DNA of 64,000 nucleotides. Source: an uncultured Bacteroidales bacterium (GTDB taxonomy: Bacteria > Bacteroidota > Bacteroidia > Bacteroidales > WCHB1-69). Numbering within the stretch: the first letter of the stretch is position 1; every line of letters starts with the position of its first letter. The notes below the pieces were generated by a model, which had not been told where the DNA came from, made no database searches, and was given only the letters and a program-made list of their open reading frames with translations. The stretch lies in the NCBI GenBank assembly GCA_937892025.1, contig CALAVA010000238.1:43784-107783 (forward strand), in the 5' to 3' direction. Below, in pieces: positions 9,303 through 17,676 of this stretch. The position numbers and the translations under genes were made by a program.

Positions 9303-12300
9303 ATGGAAAACGGAAAATTTAATATGGGTAGAATACACTATTTCGACCCAAATGTTGTTTCGTTTCAAAATCACGAAGGAACAAATTCTGATTCAATATC
9401 ATATCCACTTGAGGATTATAGTATTGCTATTGATTTACTTGTTAGGGTTTATAACAGGTATTCATGCGGATTTGGCGAAGTTACAAATGAATTTAAAGAT
9501 TATAGATATTCAACAAGCGATGGAAGTTTGTCGTTTCTTGGTGGTACAGATGGATTTTTAACTACAAATTTTACAGACATATCATTAATGCAGCCAGAAG
9601 ACAATACAACAGAATGTCTTGGAATTGAATCAATAAATATTGAGTATCAAACATATTTACACCCTCTTGTAAATATTAGATTTGTAGATGTTAGAGGTGG
9701 TACTGTTATGCAGCCCGTAGAAAACAATTATTATGATGAATCTAAGAGAGGCCGTTCATATCAGTTGTATAAAGCGTTCTTTTCAATGCCTTATCCTCTT
9801 TTTATATTAAAGGTTAAGGGATTTTATGGAAAAGGAATCTCATATAGACTAACAATTAGTAAAGTTGACATTGAATTTGATAGTACAAACGGTAATTTCG
9901 TTTTTAATGTTGATTTTATTGGCCATTTGTATGGAATATTTGCTGATTTACCAATGACTTATATAGCGATTGCTCCGTATATGGAGACTGGTAAGGAATA
10001 TTGGGAGAGAAAAATCAGCGAAGGTGTATTTTGTTTTTATGGAAGCGATGGAAATGGCGGAGAAATTAGACAATGTGATATGATGACATTTCCAAAACTT
10101 GCATTAAAGTTAGGCCAAGTTGCAATGTCACAGCCAATATTGGAAAACGAAGCAAATTCTAAAAAGGCAATGCAGGATATAGATGAAGAATATGCTTCAC
10201 TTAATGCTATACTTGAATCTTATCCATTTAAGGATTCTAAATTTTTATATGAAGACACCACTCAAGGCTATGGGCAAATGGCATACCAAGTTGTATTTGA
10301 AGAAAACGGGCCTGATTTTTGGGAGTCTGTTGTTAATTTTTCAGATGCAATAAATGGATATTCTGACACGTATTACGAAGGACTAAATACTAAATTTGGA
10401 GATTTGGGCAAGTTTTGCAAAAAAAACGATGGTGGTGTAGCCCAAATAAACAAGAATGTTAAAACATATAAATTATCCGTAACAAACAAAGCAAATGGAG
10501 AATTTGATAATTCAAATTATAATAAAGCAAATTCATTTTTAAAAGATGTTATAACAGAAAGGATAAAAAACGAACCTGGTGTTACTGACGGAAAGAAATT
10601 TTATGTTTATGTATATACAAAAGGTACTACAAACCAATATCATGGCATAATGGAGGAATTAGCACAGAGGTCACAGAAACTTAGTGATAAAAGACCTGAT
10701 ATTGAGTCTGAATTTAAGAATGAAAGGAATATTTTAATTGAAAAAGCACTTGGATTTAGACCATCAATAAGAAATATTTTTAATTTGGCTTTTGCACATC
10801 TTGATACGTTTTTGGAAGTTGAATATAAAATGTTAAAGGAAATCAAAAAGCAATTGGATGGGCATGAACCACCAAGAAAAAAAGAAAGTTTTGATGAATT
10901 AAGAGAAGATGGCGGAAAATATGATACAGATACAGAGAGTATGTTCTTAAAGACAAAAGAAGGTGAAACCGCTAATGTTAGGGCCCAATATTTACCACCA
11001 TTTACAGCATATTATAGAGATATATATGACCCTGCAACAAGTTTTTACGAAGAACGTAATACTGGAAAAACAAAAAATGAAAATTATTTTGATAGGGGTG
11101 AAAACAAAACATCAAAGAGAAAAGAATTGATATGGCCTGGTGAATTGGCAAAAGGAGAAGAATATTTGTTAGAAACAAAGTTTGTCACAGAATTACTTAC
11201 TGCTGCAAAATTATATTTGAAAGAGGCTGAACTTGTAAAAGAAGAATTAGATAAATTAAAGGAAAGTGGAGGCACTTATACCACAAATGGTTCTTCTCCA
11301 TCTACAAGCACTGGCGCTTTTATTCCTTTAACCACATTTGATTTGGCAAATAATGGAAAATATTCAAATCCATATGCTTATTTGAATAGTAGAATTGGAA
11401 ACAACTCAGCAGGAATAGAGGGTGATATATTATTCACATTTGCTTTGAGGGCATTTTATTATATGAATGTAAACGATGATTCAAGGCAAGAAGTAAAGAG
11501 TTTTGGCCGAATGGAAGCCGTTAATTTGTTTAAAGCAGTTGGCGATAACGTTATTAATTCAAAGCCATTTATGGAGTTTATAGCAAAATATGGCGATGAA
11601 AAAAATGAAAGAAGTGAAAAGGCTGATTTTATTTCTTACTTGACGGGAGAAAAGAACAAGGAAGGAATAACTGATTCTTGGATTTATGGTGACAAGAAAA
11701 ATCTTTTTGAAAAGAAAGGAGGTAAACTTGTTTTTAATTATATTCAAGGTGGTAGCGGTAACAATTATCATTTTTTACCAATTGGTATGCAAGAGCCTAA
11801 TTTGGTCAAAAAAGATGATAGTGGTATGAATTGTATGAACTATCGTGATTGTAGATACATTTCGACAGATGACCATAAGAAATTCTGTTCTGATAAAGAA
11901 ACTGATACTGGTAGTTTTATCCTTATAGAAGAAAGGGATTATCTTAGAACGCTTATATCAAATTTTGATGCTGAAGTTACAAATGTTGAAGAAACTTTAA
12001 AGGAAAGAGATAAAAACAAGGCTGAAGGTGATGAATATGGTAGCAGAGGCGTTTATGAATATGGAGAATTATTCCGTAATAAGTCAGCAATAAAGCATTA
12101 TAGGGATAATGTTGATACGGGTGAAAAAAGAGTAAAATATCTTTCAAAGAAAATGTTTGAAGATTCAGGCGGTACTGTTTCTGGAAAAGAAGTTGCTCAA
12201 GAAATGGCAACTGGCGATATGAAAGACATGTTTGTAAAACGACCAACAAGGATTAACGGAATTGGTAAAAATAGAGGAACTAATTCTTCTCTTTATGATT

Positions 12301-15110
12301 TGCCGTTATATTGGTTACAAGACAACGATGAGGCAAGAGCATATTTGTTTATGATGTCTATACCATTAATAGGCAGTAATTTAGGAATTGAAGAAAAGTC
12401 TGAAAATGGTGTTGTTCCCAAAATATCATTATTAAGAGAGGGTGCTTTCTATTGGTGGGAAGAAAATTACGATAGCAACAAGGTTAAAGTTAGCGGAACT
12501 GTTTTTGGCAAAAAATACAATTATAAAAAGCCGGGAAGAGATGAAAGTTTTATTTGTAACACGCTTGAAATTGGAAGTGATATGGAAACAATATTACCAA
12601 TATTACAAAATCAAAGCGGTAGTTATGAGAAAAACAAAAAGCCATTAAATGCAACTTTGTCAAGAAGAAAATATCTTATAAAATATTTTGAAGATTGGGC
12701 AAATAGTGAATATAGAGAAAATGAAAAATATTTGACAGATGCAAGTCTTTATATTGATGGAAAGTTTAAAAATGGCTTGAATAATAGTTATTTAAAGAAC
12801 GGCATTGTTAGTAGTTCTGATGATATTGCTGATAAATCGTATAAGTTACAGAAATTCCTAAGGGACACATTAACATCAATGTGTACCACATTTGATTATT
12901 ATAATGGGTGTTATAGTGAAAAGGGAGATAAAGAATTATCTTGTAGTGTTTCTGATATGAGAAAGGCACTTAACGGATTTATGGAGGAATTGAATGTAAT
13001 TTATGGCGATATGGTAAAAGACATAAATGACAATAATGGCAATATTGCCGAAGCGGTTTATAAAGCAAATGCGCAAGACCCATTTAGAAACAAAGACCTT
13101 AAACTTTCAACATATATGACTTTAAAGAGTTTGTATGACAAATGGATATGCGGCTCTTATAAGGGAGAGAAAACTTGGAGATTCAATAGAACAAACATGT
13201 GGAATGCGGATTATAGGGATAGTGGATATGAACTTGACCATTTCTTATATTGTGATAATTTTTTCCACGATATTGGATATAATTTGACTGTTAATTTAAC
13301 TAAAATTGTTGAATGGATTAATAGTTGTTTGCCAACGTCTGAAGTTAATACTACAGAAGGGGTTATGCACGTAACAGGAAAAACAATATATGAATTTTTA
13401 ACTGACGTTGCAGTTGATTGCGGTGGATATTTACTTGCAGTTCCTCAGAGATTCATATATACAGACCCTGGTTCAATAGAAGAGGCGTTTAAACCGTTTC
13501 CAACTTGTCAAGATTGGGATGATGATACGTCAACTTATATGTTTCTATATACTTATAAGCCATCTGAGCACCTTGGAGATTCAGGTGGAAATGGGGATAA
13601 CACAAGCATTGATATGAATGGATGGTCCCCTGATGGTGATGGATTTGATTTGACAAATGAAGATATAGTAGGAGACCTTTTCTGCGATGGCGGATTTGAA
13701 GTTCCAGCTTTTGGTGTCACGTTTGCTAAACAAAATCAAGCGTATTTTAAAGATATTAAGTTATCAACTGCTACTCACGGAGTTACTGAAGTTGGACTTA
13801 ACGCAACATTTAACATCGTATCAAAGGCTTCAGAAGCACCAAGAGAAACGACACTTTATGGGCAGGACATTTATAAAGTGTATAGTAATAACTCATATCA
13901 ATGTACAGTAGAAATGATGGGAAATATGCAGATATTCCCACCAATGTATTTCCAATTGAATAATATACCTTTATGGAAAGGCGCTTATTTAATACAAAAA
14001 GTAACACATAGTATAAGGCCTGGAGATGTTACAACTACAATTGTTGGATATAGACAAAATAAATATGCAATACCAATGTCTGATGCTGAAGTAATTGTTG
14101 ATTTAAATTCAAGAAGTGTCGAACCAGAAGTTTCTGCTGCCGTTGGTATATCTGATGTTACGGCTTTGGCTGCTGGCGAAATTGGAGGAGGCTCATATAA
14201 TGAAAAGAATATAAAGGCAAATCCAAATAAAAAGTTGCGATATTCTGATGAGTCTGATTATAATTCAACAAATATTACTCCACAAAAGCCGTTGATATGT
14301 TTTACACCTGCTCATAGTACTGAAAATGGTAAGATAGCAAAGGCAACTGAAAATGCTTGGAGTTCAAAATTAATAGATAACTATATAATTCCAAGATTAA
14401 AACAGAAGAAATTTAAGGATGGAACGAGTTATGCTGATAATATACATAGATGTAAAACAAGCCATGACCCAAGTGGAGGATATAGTTTAAAAGAAACAAG
14501 AGAACTTATTGAAAAATATGGTTCTGATTGCGTAATATCAATTGTTCCACACTGGAATGGACTACCTACAGGCTGTAACGGAAAGACAAATACTACTGGG
14601 TATTTTGCGGTATATTATGGTAAGAGTTTTAATGGAGCGCCATGGAAGTTGAGAAGAGATGCTGCTGTTTTTGGTAGTTATACTAGGGCTGCTTGTCAAA
14701 AAATGGTTGATAATAGGTCATCATTTAGAATGATGCCTATTGCAAAATTACCAAAGTCAAAAGATATGTTAAATAAGGTAAAACAAGAAAAAGACGGAAT
14801 GTATTGCTATTTGTTACCTGCAACGAGCCAAGAGAATGATAAGGGCGACCCAGGTGTTGGTCTTGATTGTGCGCACATTCTAACAGAGAATTTCTTCCCA
14901 GAATATACTTCTGATATGGAAACAAAGTGGACATCACCTGATTTTGATAAAATTGATGAAACTGGGAGATATGTAACAGGCAGAGGGTGGCTTGAAAGTC
15001 CTGAAGGTTGTGCCGCAATCGCTGATATGCATGTAAATGCTATTGTAAATTATATTAATGCAATAGAAGCAAATCAATTTGCTGACGGAACTGGCGGAGG
15101 TAGTTCATAG
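9303..15110 (+). CDS. giant baseplate hub / central-spike-associated protein with a C-terminal MurNAc-L-Ala amidase-like domain
   Basis: 1935 aa. The hub role is assigned by synteny only (TMP, tube initiator, LysM, then this gene, as in P2 T-U-X-D and Mu). The C-terminal region carries Amidase_3-like H/E/H motifs (separate feature). It ends in a Gly/Ser linker 'GTGGGSS' at TAG 15108. Confidence 0.55.
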   Translation: MENGKFNMGRIHYFDPNVVSFQNHEGTNSDSISYPLEDYSIAIDLLVRVYNRYSCGFGEVTNEFKDYRYSTSDGSLSFLGGTDGFLTTNFTDISLMQPEDNTTECLGIESINIEYQTYLHPLVNIRFVDVRGGTVMQPVENNYYDESKRGRSYQLYKAFFSMPYPLFILKVKGFYGKGISYRLTISKVDIEFDSTNGNFVFNVDFIGHLYGIFADLPMTYIAIAPYMETGKEYWERKISEGVFCFYGSDGNGGEIRQCDMMTFPKLALKLGQVAMSQPILENEANSKKAMQDIDEEYASLNAILESYPFKDSKFLYEDTTQGYGQMAYQVVFEENGPDFWESVVNFSDAINGYSDTYYEGLNTKFGDLGKFCKKNDGGVAQINKNVKTYKLSVTNKANGEFDNSNYNKANSFLKDVITERIKNEPGVTDGKKFYVYVYTKGTTNQYHGIMEELAQRSQKLSDKRPDIESEFKNERNILIEKALGFRPSIRNIFNLAFAHLDTFLEVEYKMLKEIKKQLDGHEPPRKKESFDELREDGGKYDTDTESMFLKTKEGETANVRAQYLPPFTAYYRDIYDPATSFYEERNTGKTKNENYFDRGENKTSKRKELIWPGELAKGEEYLLETKFVTELLTAAKLYLKEAELVKEELDKLKESGGTYTTNGSSPSTSTGAFIPLTTFDLANNGKYSNPYAYLNSRIGNNSAGIEGDILFTFALRAFYYMNVNDDSRQEVKSFGRMEAVNLFKAVGDNVINSKPFMEFIAKYGDEKNERSEKADFISYLTGEKNKEGITDSWIYGDKKNLFEKKGGKLVFNYIQGGSGNNYHFLPIGMQEPNLVKKDDSGMNCMNYRDCRYISTDDHKKFCSDKETDTGSFILIEERDYLRTLISNFDAEVTNVEETLKERDKNKAEGDEYGSRGVYEYGELFRNKSAIKHYRDNVDTGEKRVKYLSKKMFEDSGGTVSGKEVAQEMATGDMKDMFVKRPTRINGIGKNRGTNSSLYDLPLYWLQDNDEARAYLFMMSIPLIGSNLGIEEKSENGVVPKISLLREGAFYWWEENYDSNKVKVSGTVFGKKYNYKKPGRDESFICNTLEIGSDMETILPILQNQSGSYEKNKKPLNATLSRRKYLIKYFEDWANSEYRENEKYLTDASLYIDGKFKNGLNNSYLKNGIVSSSDDIADKSYKLQKFLRDTLTSMCTTFDYYNGCYSEKGDKELSCSVSDMRKALNGFMEELNVIYGDMVKDINDNNGNIAEAVYKANAQDPFRNKDLKLSTYMTLKSLYDKWICGSYKGEKTWRFNRTNMWNADYRDSGYELDHFLYCDNFFHDIGYNLTVNLTKIVEWINSCLPTSEVNTTEGVMHVTGKTIYEFLTDVAVDCGGYLLAVPQRFIYTDPGSIEEAFKPFPTCQDWDDDTSTYMFLYTYKPSEHLGDSGGNGDNTSIDMNGWSPDGDGFDLTNEDIVGDLFCDGGFEVPAFGVTFAKQNQAYFKDIKLSTATHGVTEVGLNATFNIVSKASEAPRETTLYGQDIYKVYSNNSYQCTVEMMGNMQIFPPMYFQLNNIPLWKGAYLIQKVTHSIRPGDVTTTIVGYRQNKYAIPMSDAEVIVDLNSRSVEPEVSAAVGISDVTALAAGEIGGGSYNEKNIKANPNKKLRYSDESDYNSTNITPQKPLICFTPAHSTENGKIAKATENAWSSKLIDNYIIPRLKQKKFKDGTSYADNIHRCKTSHDPSGGYSLKETRELIEKYGSDCVISIVPHWNGLPTGCNGKTNTTGYFAVYYGKSFNGAPWKLRRDAAVFGSYTRAACQKMVDNRSSFRMMPIAKLPKSKDMLNKVKQEKDGMYCYLLPATSQENDKGDPGVGLDCAHILTENFFPEYTSDMETKWTSPDFDKIDETGRYVTGRGWLESPEGCAAIADMHVNAIVNYINAIEANQFADGTGGGSS
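14280..14640 (+). other. Amidase_3-like (N-acetylmuramoyl-L-alanine amidase) domain within the 1935-aa protein
   Basis: 'CFTPAHSTENGKIAKATENAWSSKLIDNYIIPRLKQ' and 'SLKETRELIEKYGSDCVISIVPHWNG....GYFAVYYG' parallel the Amidase_3 pattern GH..G....E......i...L ... R...an....d.fiSiH.Na...G..vyy (Zn ligands H, E, H). Confidence 0.6.
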
Positions 15111-15640
15111 GTAAGTCCTGGCGCACCAAGCAGTCCTATTGATGGAAAAACAAATACAGGTCTTGTTGCATATTGCCGTGCTCAATTGGGAAGACAATAT
15201 TGGTTTGGAGGCTATGGCTCTAAGTCAACAACAAATTTATTGTCTTGGTATAGAAAAACGTATCCTGACCAATATAGTTATGATAAAATGCCAAAATATG
15301 AGGACCAAATGGGTAAAAAGTTCATGATTGCATTGGATTGATAAAGTGGTACATGTGGTCAAATAACCCAGAAGACCCAAGCCCTAAATATGATGGAAAT
15401 GAATTTAAAGATTGCACGGCAGACGGATTACTAAGCAGGTCAAGCGTTAAAGGCTCAATAAGTACAATTCCTAGGGATGTTCATGGACTTGCTGTGTATA
15501 TGCCAGGTCACGTTGGTGTATATATAGGCGGAGGTAAAGTTATTGAAGCAAAGGGACATACATATAATGTCGTTGAAACTGACCTTGATGGAAGAGGTTG
15601 GAAAAACTGGTCATACATTGACGGAATCAAATATGTTTAA
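15111..15640 (+). CDS. NlpC/P60 cysteine peptidase domain with no start codon, split by a -1 shift at 15315-15320 (readthrough/frameshift extension of the hub protein, or a decaying pseudogene)
   Basis: The hub-gene frame continues after TAG as VSPGAPSSPIDGKTNTGLVAYCRAQLGRQYWFGGYG...QMGKK (the NlpC/P60 'lG.pY.wGG' motif). After a -1 shift in GGTAAAAAG it reads VHDCIGLIKWYMW (catalytic Cys) ...GHVGVYIGGGKVIEA (catalytic His). No ATG/GTG/TTG precedes the conserved N-terminal helix. The track ORF 15338-15640 starts after the catalytic Cys. Confidence 0.6.
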
Positions 15641-15686
15641 TTTGTTGTTTTGTGATATTTTTTGTATAATATCAAAAATTTAATTT

Positions 15687-16280
15687 ATGCAACTGATTGC
15701 TAATATTTTAACTAAAAATTTATTTTCTGATAAAATTTTGTACAATGTCGTTGAAAAAAAGGATGATTTAATAGATGGTATACCAACATTATGTGTTGGC
15801 CTTGAAATGACTAAAAAGAATTATCCGAATTTCAATCTTCTTGACATGAATATTGATGAAATGACAAAATGGACTTATGGTCCGAGAGAAAAAAGAAATG
15901 TATACGAGAGTAGACTTTCTAAATTTATATTTGATTCAATAATTAAATTTGTTAATGGTATTAAATATGTGTATGTCAACATTTTAACAGATGGATTTAA
16001 ATCTGAAGATTTTCTTAGGGTAAAGTATTTGATAAGAAATACTGATATAAAAACAACATCATTTATTAACAATGGTGTTGTTTACATTTATGACAAAGAC
16101 AATAATGTTGTTTACGGTGTTTCTATTAGGGAATTTTCTTATGTTGGTGTTGATAGTAATGCATTTTTACGTCTTGTTTATAAAAATACAATTGTAATAT
16201 CTGGAAAAGATTCATTACCTCTTGATATAAGAATTTTGTTTTCTGATTACAAATATGCAATACCTTGTTTGTTTTATTGA
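15687..16280 (+). CDS. hypothetical protein
   Basis: 197-aa ORF with an ATG start, non-overlapping and co-oriented. I recognise no motif. Confidence 0.5.
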   Translation: MQLIANILTKNLFSDKILYNVVEKKDDLIDGIPTLCVGLEMTKKNYPNFNLLDMNIDEMTKWTYGPREKRNVYESRLSKFIFDSIIKFVNGIKYVYVNILTDGFKSEDFLRVKYLIRNTDIKTTSFINNGVVYIYDKDNNVVYGVSIREFSYVGVDSNAFLRLVYKNTIVISGKDSLPLDIRILFSDYKYAIPCLFY

Positions 16281-16294
16281 CTTATTTTTACTAA

Positions 16295-16323
16295 TTAACT
16301 ACTATTTATATGAAAATAGTGTA
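16295..16323 (+). promoter_or_regulatory. extended TATTTATAT..GTGTA motif (candidate phage promoter/translation-initiation region)
   Basis: TTAACTACTATTTATATGAAAATAGTGTA ends 2 nt before ATG 16326. It shares 18 identical nt (ACTATTTATATGAAAATA) with 61381-61398. Confidence 0.5.
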
Positions 16324-16325
16324 AA

Positions 16326-16688
16326 ATGTTTAGACCGAGGGTAATAGTGAAAACAAGGGTGTTAGTTCCGAAAAAAAATATAGGAATTTGGGCTAACAAA
16401 AAAAATGTTGACACTAACAATGAAGAAACAAAAGAGCCTGAAAAAGAAGAAAAGGTTTTAGAACAGGCTAAAGAAAAAAACGAAACTAAGCCAAAAGATA
16501 AGAATAAGTCTACAAAAAAAAATAAAGATATGGCAATTAATGAAGAACAAATCTCAGCTGCTGAGGAAAGGGCAAATATTTTGTCAGATAATGTAAAAGT
16601 TGTAAAAAAAGACCGTGGTTTGATTGAAAGAACCGAGTCATCTAAAATAATTCTTACAGAGGATAATAGACAAGTACTAAATGACTAA
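16326..16688 (+). CDS. hypothetical Lys/Glu-rich protein
   Basis: 120 aa, highly charged (KEPEKEEKVLEQAKEKNETKPKDKNKSTKKNKD). The motif sits directly upstream. It overlaps the next gene by 8 nt (ATGACTAA). Confidence 0.5.
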   Translation: MFRPRVIVKTRVLVPKKNIGIWANKKNVDTNNEETKEPEKEEKVLEQAKEKNETKPKDKNKSTKKNKDMAINEEQISAAEERANILSDNVKVVKKDRGLIERTESSKIILTEDNRQVLND

Positions 16689-17547
16689 AATTGATTTAAA
16701 CGAAGTAAGACAAAACTTTAGGCATTTAGTTGAATATGTAACGCCTGAAGGTGTTGTTGAAGATGAAAATGACCCAAATGCCGGTGGCGATGCTATGGGT
16801 GGTGACCCAATGGCAATGGGTGGTGGCGCTCCTATGGGTGGAGACCCAATGGGCGGAGACCCAATGGGTGGAGGTGCTCCTATGGGCGGAGACACAATGG
16901 GTGGTGACCCAATGGGTGGTGACCCAATGGGTGGTGACCCAATGGGTGGTGGACAATCACCTGAGGGATTTGCTCCACAAGGTGTAGACCCAAATGCAGG
17001 AATGGATGGAATGGGTGGTGACCCTAATGCAATGGGTGGCGCTCCTATGGGTGGCGACCCAAGCATGATGGGTGGTGACCCTAACGCGATGGGCGGAGAT
17101 GTTCCTGGCCCTGGCGATGATGTTGTTGAGATTGACGATTTAACTGACGCACAAGAAGATACTGAAAAGAAAGTTGATTCTTTAACGTCAAAATTTGAAA
17201 AATTAATGGCATCAATTGACGGTATAGAGAAAAGAATTGATGATATTGATACACATACAAATCAATATCTTGGTGCTCTTAAAGGAGAAATGGAAAGAAG
17301 AAATCCAACACCAATGCAAAGATTGACAATGCGTTCAACGAAATCAGCACCTTATGATATGACACCTAATGAGTATATGAACAATTATGCTCCTGACAAT
17401 TATAGTGCTGAGTCTGACAACAATGGTGCAGATGACCCACAATATAAAATAACGAAGGGTGACATTGATGATTTTGTTGATTATGGCTCAATTGCAAAAG
17501 ATATTGCAAACAATAAAGTTGGGTTAAAGGATATTTTTGGCTATTAA
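16681..17547 (+). CDS. hypothetical protein with a Met/Gly/Asp/Pro pentapeptide-repeat region
   Basis: 288 aa. About 15 MGG(D/G/A) units (MGGDP, MGGGAP, MGGDPNA), then an acidic coiled-coil-like C-terminal half. A terminator follows. Confidence 0.6.
   Translation: MTKIDLNEVRQNFRHLVEYVTPEGVVEDENDPNAGGDAMGGDPMAMGGGAPMGGDPMGGDPMGGGAPMGGDTMGGDPMGGDPMGGDPMGGGQSPEGFAPQGVDPNAGMDGMGGDPNAMGGAPMGGDPSMMGGDPNAMGGDVPGPGDDVVEIDDLTDAQEDTEKKVDSLTSKFEKLMASIDGIEKRIDDIDTHTNQYLGALKGEMERRNPTPMQRLTMRSTKSAPYDMTPNEYMNNYAPDNYSAESDNNGADDPQYKITKGDIDDFVDYGSIAKDIANNKVGLKDIFGY
16771..17120 (+). repeat. degenerate 15-nt (pentapeptide) tandem repeat, locally GC-rich
   Basis: ATGGGTGGTGACCCA is repeated perfectly three times at 16897-16941. 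Degenerate copies lie on both sides. Confidence 0.85.
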
Positions 17548-17550
17548 AAT

Positions 17551-17589
17551 TATTGGGCTGCATTATTGTGGCCCAATAATTGTTTTTTT
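17551..17589 (+). terminator. rho-independent terminator
   Basis: TATTGGGC (17551-17558) pairs with GCCCAATA (17571-17578). A T7 run follows at 17583-17589. Confidence 0.65.
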
Positions 17590-17676
17590 ATAACATTTTT
17601 TGTATATTATATAAGAAATAGTTTTATTTATTAACATTTTTAAAATAATAATTTTATGAAAAAAAATTTTTAATTT

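Noticed and set aside
15105-15116. TCATAG|GTAAGT at the hub-gene stop looks like a eukaryotic 5' splice donor.
   Set aside because: A spliceosomal signal has no meaning in a phage. I saw no group II (GUGYG) or group I features at this site. It is most likely coincidence.
15139-15327. 62-aa + strand ORF listed between the hub gene and the 15338 ORF.
   Set aside because: It is in the wrong frame. The frame continuing from the hub gene encodes a clean NlpC/P60 N-terminal half over the same nucleotides, whereas this ORF's translation is featureless.
16677-17066. 129-aa minus-strand ORF rich in PPIG repeats (plus the 16726-16956 minus-strand and 16751-16987 alternative-frame plus-strand ORFs).
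   Set aside because: These are antisense or alternative-frame shadows of the GGDPM tandem repeat. Repeats keep all frames open. They have no independent start context and are fully nested in the + gene.
16771-17120. Possible CRISPR array or other non-coding tandem array (also considered at 4026-4123).
   Set aside because: The units are 15 nt and 42 nt, contiguous without spacers, in-frame and inside long ORFs. No cas genes are present.
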